Positions 43,076 through 56,809 of a stretch of DNA of 64,000 bases are shown here, in pieces (position 1 is the first letter of the stretch; each line of letters starts with the position of its first letter). The notes beneath the pieces were generated by a model that was not told the DNA's origin, made no database searches, and saw only the letters and a list, made by a program, of their open reading frames with translations. The translations under genes and the position numbers were made by a program. The DNA is from the human T2T-CHM13v2.0 reference genome, Homo sapiens: assembly GCF_009914755.1 (NCBI RefSeq), contig NC_060940.1; one strand, 5' to 3'.

Positions 43076-45799
43076 CTGCAAAGATACATAACTTCCTCCA
43101 GGCTATATAGGTAGTGAGATTTAGGATTTGAACTAATGCTGTCAAACTTCAGAATCCGTGCCCCCTTTTACATTCCAGTGATAACTAGTGTATTGGCTTT
43201 AGGCTCACAGATAAGATTGTCATGTATAATCGAGTAACAGAGAAATTCCACTACTCGTATGTCTATGAATCACAATTTTGAGCAATGTGGTCTGTTACTC
43301 TAGAAAGCAAAGCATTCCACTCTAAGATTCTTCTCAATTATACTCACAGTTGCTATGTGTATGTGAAAACTCGTGGGGGGTGATGGAAGGAAAGAGAAAA
43401 GAGAGTGTAGGAGAAATAGGGAGATAAAAGGGAAAGTGAAGGGAGAAGCAAAAGGTGAGGGAAAAAGAGAGAAAGAGATAAACCGAGGGAAAAGAAGCAT
43501 ATTTTGGTTTTGAAGATTTATTCCTCTCCTGAGAAATCTGAACCTCTCCTCTGTGTCGTTCAGTCTCTGTAAACGGTTGAGTGGTGTAGATTGTTGTGAA
43601 TCTATTAGCAGTGATTTGCAGCAGACCAATTTAGAGGTCACTTAGGCATGAAAACACTGAGCAAGAAATTGTATACCTAATGAAACAATATCAGTGATAG
43701 CATATTTAAATGAACAGTATCAGTAATAGCATATTCTGAATGTTTCATTAAGTCTGAATTGTCAGAATCAGATCACTGCTGCTTAATAGATTTTACCTTC
43801 TTTAACAAGTGTTTCCATATTGGTCATATCGTGTCTCTTTATTGAAGTTAGGAAGCTCTCAGAAGTTACAATTTTCTTATAATCATATGGTTTTTATAGT
43901 AACATTGTATTGGGGCATCTTTCTTCATTTCTACTTATATTTAATACAAAAACAAGTGTATAAAAAATCCAACATATGTTCCTGTGGCAAGAGTGTGCAT
44001 AATAAAATTTTAGACATTTACATATTTAAATTAAAATACCTTTAAAATAAAGTTGCCAGTTCAATCTAGTTTTATATTCCGGAGAACATGATATAGGAAA
44101 AGTAATGCTATCAACCAATAATAGGTGCACTTTCATTTCAAGATCATCAAGTAATAATATTAGACCTTCAGAGACCGTAATAAGAACACTTTCATATTCT
44201 TGGGAACATGTTTCACATTTTTATTGACTGCATTCAAGCTGTCTTTCTGGATTATTCTTAGGTTTATATGAAAAGAAGGGGAAATATTGATAGCAGTTTT
44301 CACAAGAGTCAATCAGTGGAAAAAATCAATCACCTGGGCTGTCCACGAAGGAGATTCTATGTACTCTTCAAAATAATTTCATAATGGTTCCATGCCTGTT
44401 TGCATAGAGCCCAATTATCTATCTTATGCTCCCCAGTACAAATGCTGACAAATGAGGCAAAAAGGTCTTAATACCTGACATTAGTCTGCAACTGTGCCAG
44501 TTGCCTTATTTTCATTGCACTTGATCTCATTGAATGCTCACAAAATTACTGCAAGGAAGGTATACATTTCACAGAAGGGGGAATAGCTTATCAAGGCAAA
44601 AACTGTAAAAGTGGTAGAATTAAAGCCCAGATCTCTGACTTCACAGTTTTGGTGCTCTTAATGATGTCACACTGCAAATGGCCTTCAAGCAGATTCTGTG
44701 CAGCATCCTGCTTGTCCTCTGCTTGTTGCAGAGTGGAATTTTAGATAAGCTAGGTCTCTGTTAGAATATATCCACATAAGCTAGGCCACTGAATTATTTA
44801 AGTGATTTTTTTTAAGAAGTGCTTCATATAGAAGGCAGATTGATGTCCTGAATGTCATGGACTACATTTTAGTAAATCACAGGTTGATTTTGTAAGGTAC
44901 ATTAATCAACAGAAGACCTTTTACTTGCCAGAAAAAGCTTTTAAAACATAGCATGTTTTCTTGGACAAGAGAAAAAGTATGCAAGAGTAATATTCCTATG
45001 CTGGTTGCAACTAGAGCTACAAAAGCTCAAAAGTTGAGGTTAGGAAAAGATTTTTGGCTCCACTGCCTTGTCTCCTTAGGTCTTTTTATTTCTGTTCTTT
45101 CTCCTAAAGATGTCATCATCCTCCAAAAGTTCAACTATATATTATAGTCCCCTGCCTCCTGCTGAGCTCCTGGCAATATTTCTAACATTTGAGGGGGCTC
45201 TCTTTGCTTCTTCTTTGGGTCTCTCATATATGATACTCTACATTCAAGTTCTTCTTCCCTCCAAACCATCACTTTCCCTCCAAACCAGCTTGTTATCTGT
45301 TTTCCTACTTTATAATAAAACCCAGACTTGAAATATTGAATCCGTCTTTCATCTTACAGTGGGAATTGGTAGAAGTACTGAATTCACAGTGTAACACAGC
45401 TGACCACATGGAAGAGATTCTGCAAGCAACACAAAAGTTAGCCTTGAGTAAGTTGTACTAAAAAAGATTTATACTGGGCATTTTAGTTTTCTCTTCTCCT
45501 CCACCCCCTGTTATTTTAGAGCTATGATTCTTAGAGATGAAACCTTAGAGATCAGAATTCTTTCTTACAGAAATTCTTTTAGGTTGGTGATCTTAATTCC
45601 ATTTTTTAATATAAGCAAACTAAGGCTTAGTGCTATTAGATAACTGTAAAAATGGCATGGCTAACCAGTGGTGGGATTCAAACATCTTATAATTTTTATT
45701 AATGACTTAATATGACCAATCTGAGTTTTCTAAAAATATGCATAACTACTGCATATCTCTATTCAATGAAAACAATGTACTTTATAATTTGTATTTAAA

Positions 45800-46960
45800 T
45801 GCAAATGTGCCTAGAAGTGGTAAATTTTAGTAGTATTTTGAAGATAGAGTCAGCATGACTTGCTGATATATTGGATATAGGGCACGAGAAAAAATGATGA
45901 GTGAAAAATAATTTCAATATTTTGACCTTGTCAACCTAGACAACAAACAGGAAGAGGCTCTATAAAAGGAAAGATGTTTATCTGGGAGTAATGCATCACA
46001 ATGGCAATATGCACATGATAGTAAACTATGTGCATAGTTAAGGGGGTAAAAGAATACAAAGATTTTTAAAGGTCAAAATGAGGAAGATTACATAATTGTT
46101 CTGGAATAATTATCCTTCAATAACAAGGGTGACACGAGTCTGAGGTTGAACAGACAGCTGCTGGGAGGATACCCTTGCAGAAGTATTTTTGGTGAAAGAT
46201 TGCAATGGTCTTTTTGCCAGGTTGTGTTTTTTGCAGTCTTTCGTGACAGTTTTTGTTCTCCGGCATATAAGCACGACAACACTCACTTCATGGCCTTTCC
46301 TGGCTCTATTTATCAGGGTTTTCTTAACATTAGTGCCTACATTTTGAATCTGACAACTTTCACAACCTTGACAACTAAGAAGGATGATTGCCATTACTGT
46401 GATTAGGAAGGCTATAGGTGGGGCAGGTTTGGGGAAAATTTCAGGAGTTCATTATACAATATGCTGAATCTTCAATGTCTCTTAGACATTCAAATGGTGA
46501 TTTTGAGTAGGCAGTTGAATACATGAATCTGGAGTTTAGGAGAGAGGCCTTTGCTGGAGAAAAATGAGAGTTTTTAGATATGGAATTTTAAAGCAATAGA
46601 CTAGATGAGCTCATCCAGGGAGTAAGTACAGATAAAAAAGAGAAGCTAACCAAGGATAGAGCATTGGACATTTCAACATGGAGCTGAGAACAGAAATAGG
46701 AACCATCAAAGAAGGCAGAGAAAGAGAGGCAGTGAGGGGAGAGGAATACCAAGGATATTTGGGGTTCTGTGAGCCAAGGGATAAGATTTCATCAAGGAGG
46801 AAGGAGCGTCTGCGTAAAATGCCAGTGGTGAGTCAGGAGGAAACGTGGATTTTCCATTGGATTTAGTAACATGGCAGTCGTGCATATGTGTTGGAGGGTA
46901 AAGGGAGAATTGCAGGGGTAGAATGGATAGAAAACCTGTAGAAAAATCTATAGTCAAACA
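45800..46960 (-). mobile_element. L2 fragment interrupted by an LTR
   Basis: AGACATTCAAATGGTGA..GAGTAGGCAGTTGAATA L2 motifs. Confidence 0.75.
45929..46364 (-). mobile_element. ERV1 solo LTR (MER65-like)
   Basis: TG...CA termini with 4-bp TSD ACCT (45925-45928, 46365-46368); minus strand starts TGTGAAAGTTGTCAGATTCAAAATG. Confidence 0.8.
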
Positions 46961-49582
46961 TACATAAAGTATCTATTGTTTCTTAAATAAGACTTTAAAT
47001 ATTTTATTTTGCTTCACTCAAGCTACATAATTAGTTCAAACTTGAGTGAATTACAATGGACCTTGAGCAAGAACAAAAATAAAAGAGAGAGAAACAGAAA
47101 CAAATATAATATGTCTAAATAGCATAATCTGGCTTTGTTTGGTTTTGCTCTGGAAAAGTATTTTAATGTAAGAATATCACATTTTAGGGTAAATTTTATA
47201 AAAAGTGGAATATCAACCTAATATGCTATTTTCTCTACAGTATATCAAATAAAATTATATCTGAGATTTGTGATATTTTGATTAGATTTTTCAAGTTGCA
47301 TTCAGGTCCTTTTTCAGAGAGCAAATAATTTTCATTCTTTATGTTGGTTTAGGGAATAAATCAGCTTTAAGTGTTCTGAGAAGTTTCAAGCAGGATCAAA
47401 GCAAAAGTTGATTATACTTTTAGCTAAAGAACTTGCTGAACCTTGAGGGCTCAGTGACATTATTACATGGACGTGAGCATGGATTGTAAAGTGCTAATTC
47501 TCAAACAAAGACACAGCTTACCATGTTTCATAACCTTTAGGATTATTTCACAACCACAATGTAGAATATATTTTATTTGGTGTGGTGGGTTATACTATCT
47601 CTGGTGGATCAAGAATTCTATTGAAAATCTAGCCTCATAAGATAGCCCTTCTTTGGACATGACGTGGAATTCACTTTTAACTAAGCCAAGGACAATAAGA
47701 GTTAGTGCTCCCTAAGTGTACTTGCTTATCATTATTTAGCATACTAGATTGAAATGCACAATGTGTGAATCATAGGGTGAATATGTGCTCAAGAAGTATC
47801 CAAACAGGTCAAATATTCAACTAAAATAGTTCCATACCTATAATTACTGTTGAGTCTCATTCACTAAATACTCTTAATTTTCATTATAACTTAAATTAAG
47901 ATAATTTAAATATAATACAAATATTTAGTGAGAACATAAAGTTGAAAGCACAATAGAGTTTTATTTTAGACTCTTGATGGCAAGCAAAATATACCTACTT
48001 GTCCTTATGTAAGTAAAAGGTATTTTATTATAAGAGTTTGATTGGTTAGGATCTTAAGACACGTCTAAAAGTAGGTCTCGGGAATGAATTGAAATCAGAT
48101 ACTTGGACGCCAGCAGAAAAGTTTTTCTCATCTTTTTGCATATTGGTTTTATTTTTGTTTCTTGTTGGAAACTGACATTTGCTGTTTTTCAGGTTTCATG
48201 GTAGAACATGCATTACATTATATTTCCAGTTTTGTATCTTCTCTCCCTAAGAGAACAGAGAGACGAGGCTGGAATATCTTAATCCTATTGCCAAGCTCCC
48301 CGAGAAGAGATTCTGGCTCAGTATGGTACAGGTACTCACCCCCCTTGAAATCTGAGTCAGACTGTACAATATTCTTGTTTTCCCGTGTTCATTTGAATGG
48401 AACCATGAAAAAAAAAAAGCATCCAGAAAATTAGGAAATGCTGGATTGACAATAAAATCATCTTCCAATAGTATATTTTAAATTAGCTCTTGATATATAT
48501 CCACTGGGCATTGAAGTCCTTAGCACAGCTTACAAAGATGGTTCTGTCTCTTTCAGGGATTTTATCATGACCCCTGATTATGCAGTTCAATCAATGAAAG
48601 TAGCTGCTTGGGTACTGATGCAAGTAGAAGTATATTAAACAAAGCTAAGTATTGACTATCACCAAAAACTGGATCTTATGTATTTCACCATGTGATTCAT
48701 CCAATTTTCTCCACCTATTCTCAGATTACACACTTACTTTTAAAGACATAATAATAACACACATAAAAATAATGTGATATAAAATATAATAAATTCAATT
48801 TACAACTATCACAAGTAACTTGGACCATTTTTGCAGAAATCTAGTTATCCTACAATTTTGTCTTTTTAAGGTAAGTTTCTCTATAATGAAAGAGATTTTG
48901 TCAGAGCAAATATGTAACTTAGTTGTATTAAATTGTAGCCAGGAAATAAAAATATGGACCTACTTACCATAGTGAAGGCCTCAGATCCATAGTTTGAATA
49001 AGTTTAACAACAGAAAAAATATTTATAGAATACTCTGTATAGATGACAAGTAGTTATAATAATTAAAAATATTTACTTCGTTATCATTTAAGGTAATGTA
49101 ATGAGCTACTTAGTTTTCATTTCTGAATTAAGTTCAAAGTATAAGCTCTCAGTTTATAATTACATGGTCAACAGAAGTATGCACTACAAAGAATGTTAAT
49201 TGGTTATGTAGCATGTTAACTCTAGGAGAAGTTGAGTGCATAAGAACTCTTTGTAAAATATTTTTAACTTCCTATGTATGCACAGTTATCTCAAACTGAA
49301 ATATTTTTAAAAAGCAAAGAAAAATACTTGTAGTAGATATGTCAAGATTGCATTTATATAAGTTTCAAGATAGGCAAATCTAATCTATGGCAATAGAAAT
49401 CAAAGCAGCAATTGCCTTGGGAAGAGGGCAACAGCAGGAAGGAAGCACAGAGAACTTTCCAGGGTAATGCGTGGGTACACAGGTTAGATGAGTGTATACA
49501 TTTTTCAAAGCCCATAAGACTATGCACTTATGATTGTCTGTGTGTATACACGCATGTACATATCATCGTATTTAAATTATAA

Positions 49583-49886
49583 GGCCAGCCGTGGTAGCTC
49601 ATGCCTGTAATCCCAGCACTTTGGGAAGCCAAGACAGATTAATTGCTTGAGCCCAGGAGTTAGAGACCAGACTGGGCAACATGACTAAACTTCGTCTCTG
49701 CAAAAAAATTCAAAAATTAGCCCTGTGTGGTGGTGCACACCAGTAGTGCCAGCTACTCAGGAGGCTGAGGCAGGAGGATCGCTTGAACGCAGGAGGCGGA
49801 GGTTGCAGTGAGCTGAGATAGTGCCAGTGCACTCCAGCCTGGGCGACAGAGTGATTGACATTAAATAAATAAATACATAAATATGT
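49583..49886 (+). mobile_element. AluJ-like, after L1M 3' fragments (~49140-49580)
   Basis: TTGAGCCCAGGAGTT left arm; TSD-like AAATTAT. Confidence 0.9.
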
Positions 49887-50039
49887 AAAATTATGTTTAT
49901 ACTTAAGGAATAGCCAAAATATTTTGGAGTAGAAATCATAAAATGCACGAACTTATACAAATCTTGTAATTTTATTAGAAATTACAATTTTGCCACCCAG
50001 CAAGAAGTAGTTAAGCTTCTCAGTGCTTTTCTTTCACTA

Positions 50040-50532
50040 TACCAAGCAGATTTCTGAACTAGTTAGGGTAACAAAAGCTGCTAAAAATAGCCTCAAAACA
50101 CATAAAGATTCAAACACAATAGAGGTTTATTTTGGCTTTGCATACAAGTGGCACTCTTCTGTGTCTCGGGGAGACCTATTCTGTGGAGTGCTGCCTGGAC
50201 CTGGCTCCTTTCATCTTACCCATCTGCCATTCTCTAGGGCATTGTAGTTATTTAATGCTTCTGTGCAAGATATGGGTAAGAACAAAACCAAACAAACAAA
50301 CAAAAACGTGGAGGAGACACATTCTCTCTCTTCTTTAAAAAAGCCTTGGCTGAGAATGGCACACATCAATTCTTCTCATCTTCCATTCACAATCAAAAGT
50401 CTCATGGACACATATAGAGGTAAGAGGAGCTAGGAAATGTAGTAACTGGTTCAACAATTATTTACCAATGACAACCTCATTCTGCAGAAGAGAGAGCATG
50501 AAATTTGGTGAACATGTAAAGCTCTGTAATAC
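50040..50532 (-). mobile_element. Old MLT1 MaLR LTR
   Basis: AACACAATAGAGGTTTATTT; GGCTCCTTTCATCTT; GGAGCTAGGAAATGTAGT. Confidence 0.6.
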
Positions 50533-51920
50533 AATAGCTATTGCATCTGATTTTCCTCCTTAATATTGAATTGTGTTTTCTCATGTCAATAACAATTTTG
50601 TTTTCGACAGATAATCTATCTAATTTTCCACCCTTGCCTATGTCATAATTTATTTAAAGATTCTGCTTTTTGTACATTTCTTGTATTTCCTTTCTATTTT
50701 AATTTTTTTAAACTTTGCTATATTTTGTTATCATTAACATATTGAGAAAAATATTCTTACAAATCTATTTTTTTCTTAAAAGTTAAAGCTAGTTAATTTA
50801 GTATTACCAGATTAAATACTGGTTTTGAAAGCTCTTGATAGATGCTGATTTTAAGAATGAATATACTTATTTTATCAGTGAATGATAGAACAAATGTACC
50901 TCACCTTCGCCAGAACTTGGTAGTACCACTGTAACAAAAGTCAGTGTGATATATAGAACATAATTATCTGTCATGAATTCATGCAAGCATCTGTAATCTT
51001 ACTGAGAGGCAAGCCAGTGCAGCTGTACGTCTCTTCCTTCTCTTCATTCATTTCCAGCTTTCCTTCTAGGTGTTGCTTGAGAATCAATGAACAAAACAAA
51101 ACACAAAATTCTGCAAGTGAAATAAAGTAACTTGAATGCATTCCTCTGTGGATATATTTAATTTGCATTTATCTTTTGAATTAAAAATTTATGTTTAAAG
51201 AAATGCATTCAGATTGGCTTTTGGTTTAAATATTGAACAAGACTTATGCTTCAAAGTTTTACCCTCTAGGTACAAGGTCAATTTTGTGTCAGAAATCTGT
51301 TATATGACCAAGGCCAAAATTTTCTTCTTTTTTCATGAACATGTAACTTTTTATTCACTAAAACCCCTGAGGTTGGAAATTAGCCACTCTTCATGGCTGA
51401 TTAAGGTTTACCCTAGCATAACTTTTCTTCTAGGAGCCATGGATGTATTTTTGAGATTTCTCCTGCATTTATATCACAGCTATCCTTTTAGAGGTAATAA
51501 AGGAATACTCTGCACTCCACAACCTGCTCCCTTCATCCCCCAATAACATTCTTAGAAATGTATCTGTAGATATCATTTTCCATATAAACTTTACACATCT
51601 CAGCTAGCAAAAAGAATGAAAAATGGAGAATCTTAAAAAGGCCTTCTATTATTTTTTTCTTCAAACACACCAGGTTCGTGGCACCATAGAATTTTTGCAC
51701 CTGTGGTTTGATCCCCCTCGAAAACTATTCATCTCTGCCCATGCCCCCAATTTAGCTTGACTCTCTCCTTCTTATCATTAAGGACTCAAAACCCATCTAA
51801 ATTAACTCTGTTCCTCCCCTTCTGTGCATTGCACTCTCTTATTCTCTTCATAAGATTTATCACTGGATGACAGTATCTAATAGCTATCTTAATAGCTTGA
51901 GCTCTAAATAACAGGAATTT

Positions 51921-52238
51921 GGCCAGGTGCGGTAGCTCACACCTGTAATTCCAGCACTTTGGGACGCCGAGGCAGGCAGATCATTTGAGATCAGGATTTG
52001 AGACCACCCTGGCCAACATGGTGAAACCTGTCTCTACTAAAAATACAAAAAAATTAGCCAGGAGTGGTGGTGTGTGCCTATAATCCCAGCTGCTCAGGAG
52101 GCTGAGGCACCAGAATCGCTTGAAGCCGGGAGATGGAGGTCACAGTGAGCTGGGATTGCACTGCTGCACTCCAGCCTAGGTGACAAAGTGAGACCCTGTC
52201 TCAAAAACATAAATTAATTTAAATTAAAATTTAAAAAA
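51921..52238 (+). mobile_element. AluS inserted in L2 (~51540-52340)
   Basis: TSD AACAGGAATTT. Confidence 0.93.
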
Positions 52239-52539
52239 AACAGGAATTTTTTTTCTATTTTGTCCACCACACTAATTCTAGATCCCACAATAGAGCCTAA
52301 CAATAAGTAGATGCTGAGTGAATGAATGGGATTAATTAAATAAACTAATAGATGACAAACAGATCTAGGATGGATAACTTTTAGATACAGTTTGTTAAAT
52401 ATATCCTACCACTTGTATTTTGTTTTTCAAATGACACATCTCGTTTACATATATTGTTCATTCATTAGGAAATAATCAGCAGGAATGTTGGCAGAATATT
52501 GAATACAGACTTCATGAAATTTCTGCATGGGACTCAGAT

Positions 52540-52930
52540 TATGTATCTTCTCCTAGTCTCCCAGTGCCTTCTTCCCAGCACTGCACGTTCTGGAGAGGTC
52601 AGTTTGTGGGAGTATGGAAGGTTGGGGCTCTTCTTTCTTAGAGGGGCAAGCTTAGACCAAGGAGTCCAGGAGCTGGGAAAGAGCTGGAAGATAAATTCCT
52701 CTTTCTTACTTCTTCCCATAGACCTTTCGGAAGCACAGTGATTCCCTACACATCTGAAGTAGTCCTGATCTTGTCAATTCAGTAATGTACCACTTGTATC
52801 TGCTTTCAGCCCCTCTCAAACCCAATAAATTTTCAACCTTGTTCCTGTTGCCCTGGGGATATAACTCAGGCACTATTGTACCTGAAGCTTTCCCTCAGGC
52901 TTTGTTTTCTAGGAAATTTGGGCTAAGTAT
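52540..52930 (+). mobile_element. Old ERVL-type LTR fragment
   Basis: End CTCAGGCTTTGTTTTCTAGGAAATTTGGGCTAAG. Confidence 0.5.
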
Positions 52931-54157
52931 CTGGTTCTGGACTTTTCAAAACATTTGAAATAATATCTATGTTCCCAATCGATGTGACAGTATGTTTCAA
53001 TGAACAGATCAGATTGAATTCATTTCTCATTGAGTGAGAATAAAACAGAGCATGCTAAGCCAAAATTGAAGCTCAATTATCAGGTTCCTATGTCCTCAAC
53101 AATGCTACCACTACTCAGGAAGAAGGCTTTAAGGAATAATAAGCTGAGATTCAAATTTGAAAAACAAATATGTTACTGTGTTGCCTATGTCTCTGAAACA
53201 TGCCCTTTTCCAATAATATTTTTTATGCATTGTGTATTGATTAAGAATACCATTTTGAGGGGTCAAGGAGATACATGGTTTCATATATCAGCTCTTCTAC
53301 TCTTTCATAGTCTCACAGATAAAAACTCACTAAACCTTCTCCATTCTCACGTAAACCACATTTTCATTAAAAGGGCATTACTCTTTAGTTTCATTAGTAT
53401 GAGGATTAAATTAAATGAGGTGAGTAAAGCATTTAGCATAGTTTCTAGCTGTATGCTAAGAAGAGGCCCATTTTGCCCAAGTAGAAAGTTTGGTTGTCCT
53501 AAAATTGCTCCTCTCACGAGATCTGAGGCTGCACCTCTGTCTCCATATCACTTAGAATGCAACCCAATTGCCTACGAATTCATTCCCAATGTGATAGAAA
53601 ATAGAAAAGATGGGAATTTGGACGATATTTTACAAAGGGGTTAGAGATCAGGAGCTATTGATGTAGAAGATAAGAGAGGCACTATGTTCAAAGGAATGAG
53701 GATATTTTTCTCTCCTGAACCTTTTATAGCATCTTGCTCATTGAGAAGCTAGTGATGCTCAGACTGAAAAGTTGTGGGAGAATCTCCTGTATCAGCCTCT
53801 ACACAATCCCTTCTTGCTTCATCTTGTGATGGTAAAACCCTACGAACAAAACAAAATGAAAACAAACAGGAAACCCAACACACAAAACTGTAGAGTTCTC
53901 TCATTTTGTTATGAGCAGTAACATAAACGGTTATTTGTATGAATTTATTTGATTTTAAACTTACTATTATTCAAGGGTTAAAGTTAGATATTATGCTATA
54001 AGATTAATTGGAAATCTAAGGGACTTTCAAGGTACCAGTCCTTACCAATAAGGTAAGAAATACCTTGTTTTAGAAAATAAAATGCTGTTACAGCAATTTA
54101 ACACTTTTCATTGTGTATGAGGATAAAGGTCATGTTGTCCTATTTTGATCTCTCTTT

Positions 54158-54617
54158 TGTAGAAATAAATGATGACCACCCAAATGAAGACAGTCAAAGG
54201 CTATTCATTCAGGGCTTGCTATATAGCCAGGGAGTCAGTTGCTATCACTTGAGTTTGGCAAAGACTCGAAGTTGGCAGGGGTTTGGGAGAGCTTCATAGT
54301 GAAAAACATGGAAGGCTTCAGGTATCCTTTGATTGGAAGTTGTTGGCACAGAGAAGCTGGAGGTGGACTCACTAGACATGAAACATCTGATGTGAATAAT
54401 TTGTTTGAGTATATTTAGCTTTCTTTTATTGGTCCTGCATTGAAAGCAGAGGCAAAATAGGAAAGCTGTGATTTAAAACTAAGTTCTAACCACTCTGGGT
54501 GGAATAAAAAGAGCTTATGGTCTGGCTTTCTGGAATGGTGTTGCAGAGCTTGTGAGTAAGAATTTTTCCCATTGTCATGAATGGCTTGGCCATTGCCTGT
54601 TTTTATGTTCAGTCTCT
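54158..54617 (-). mobile_element. ERV1 LTR (MER90/MER92-like)
   Basis: Minus strand starts AGAGACTGAACATAAAAAACAGGCAATGGCCAAGCC. Confidence 0.6.
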
Positions 54618-56809
54618 TGCTTTATTCACGTAAACTAGGGAGACCCTCTTCCTATGAGGGAGGAGCTTGGACCCATATTACTAATCATCTCTTACTTTCT
54701 GTCTTATGTCCTTTTGTGATCTCATAGTTAAAAGAAACATTGAGTAAAGCTGTTGCCTTACCTCTTTGGGAGAAGTTCTAGCCATTCTTCTTTTATTTTT
54801 TTCACCAATTGGCCATTTTTTACCCTCTGTATCACATAAGAAAGAGAGATGCATGTGATTGTTAACCTTGATCATACCTCACCAAATTATTATCCCTCCA
54901 CTGTTTAAAGTGTTAAAGTTTGCTTCAATGAAAGAAAACCTAGACATCTCTTTTTTTGTTGTTTGTGAAGGTGCAGTTTCCTTCTCTTAGGAAATTATTT
55001 TTCTTTCAAAATAGTAGCTAAGCAAGGAAATAGTAACCATGGTCTATGATGATGCTAGGTCATAAACACACATTTTCTTTTGATGTTTATTTTCCCAACC
55101 AGTTGTATTCTTGGCCAATCTTTTCTCTTTCTCTGCAATGCCAATAATTGAGAATTGTGTCTGTTCTTTGGGGTGAAAATTGACAAAAACCAATTGTTAG
55201 CCTTCTTTATTATGGTTTAACATAGGTCATCAAAGGAGATTAAAAAATGATTTTTCCAACTGTTCCTGCCTACGTCACTAGTGTTCTTCATAGGGATTTG
55301 GGGACAAATGACAGTCACTAATAAAGTTTTACTCTGCCTTGCTTCATTCTTGTGTATACATCTCCTTAGAAGAACTCAAGAGAGGACATATTGGCCAAAT
55401 GTCATCTCAATTTCATCTCACTTTATTATTTCCCAAAGAGCAAACTAGATAACATTTTAACTCCCAATAAGAAAATTAATTTATACAGATTCAAAACAGA
55501 ATGCATGTGACCCAAGGCCAAAAACTGAGGAAAAGTTTTTGAGGCATTTATTGAAATCCAGGTTTTTTTTTCTGTACCTTCTCCTTTCACATATTTATTT
55601 GCTTAGTACCCAGCGTGTATCTGGCACTCGTCTATGGGAAGTCAGTATAGTAGTGGCCAAAATAGATTTATTCTATATCATCCTTTGTAGAGAAGGCCGA
55701 AAAATAGACAAAATAATAATTTAACATAGCGATATGCTCTTAAAAATAAGCAAGTCTGCAGTGTGGTTCGGAAGTAAGAAAGATCTCTCAGTTTAACATT
55801 ACTCTTTCTGCTTCCATCTCCTATTGCTTACATGACAGTTACTCTTATAAAGGAGTGATGTGTGAATAGGAAACTAAATACTAGAAGGCCATGTCCCTGG
55901 ACAAGAGCATTATAAGCAAAGGGAACAGCATGAGCAAAAACAGGATAGGGTTAAGTTTCGCATGCTGCTCAGAAAACTGGATAAAAAGTCAACGTATTTA
56001 GAATACAGTGGGTGAAGCAAAGTACTAGAAAGCCAAACGTTTAGGGTCATGGATGACTTGCTGGTCTTTTCACTTTCATCATCTAGAGAAAAAAATGTAA
56101 TTCAATCATGATGTGACCAACCATCAAATATTGTTTTTCTCAGGATTTCCAGCTGTGACTTAAATTCTTAAAGATCTCTTGTATTAGAAATTCACAAATC
56201 ATGAAAAAAGGGACTTTGGATGTTCATACTTTAGGTATCACTGTATATATAGTGTCCTACATTTTCCTGCTATAATAAAACTATTTTAGCATTTTCTCTG
56301 ATGGTTATTTTAGACATCAACATGTTTCTCAAACCTTTGCTGTCCCTTTTCTTTCTCACAATTAATAATCTTGCTCTTATTTCATTAAGGAAAGTTAAGC
56401 ACTGCCTTTTTTTTTATAACTATAAAGGACTGCCTTTTATTTATACCAATAAATCTATCAACCCATCCTAATCTTAATCCACATGATGTATATTTTTCTG
56501 TATGACAATAGATGAACAATGTTTGCATTTATTGTGGTTGTGGTGGTTGGTAGTAATTTCGTTTTCATTGTGAAAACAAGCTTTTCACTTGCTTGTGAGA
56601 TTCCACCTCTTCTTGTAAAGCGAAGTAAAGCAAAAACTAGATGAAATGTGAATTTGGCAACTTGAGGAGAGTTAAATGAAGGAACTGTTTCCAGAACTTC
56701 ATAGCTAGTAATAATGCACCATAACCAGCCCTAGAGCTGAGAGAGAAGAGAAGGAAAGCCATTAGAAAAGGAATACTTGAAAGAGTTGTAAAGTTGCCCT
56801 AGAGTATCA

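Noticed and set aside
43375-43500. GA-rich purine tract
   Set aside because: Low-complexity sequence without periodicity or further support.
43679-43745. Short two-copy tandem duplications (also ~19540, ~38690, ~58293)
   Set aside because: Ordinary slippage duplications of 18-30 bp.
53030-53644. Longest ORF (204 aa)
   Set aside because: Starts at TTG, overlaps a MIR-like segment (~53260-53460), and has no recognisable domain.
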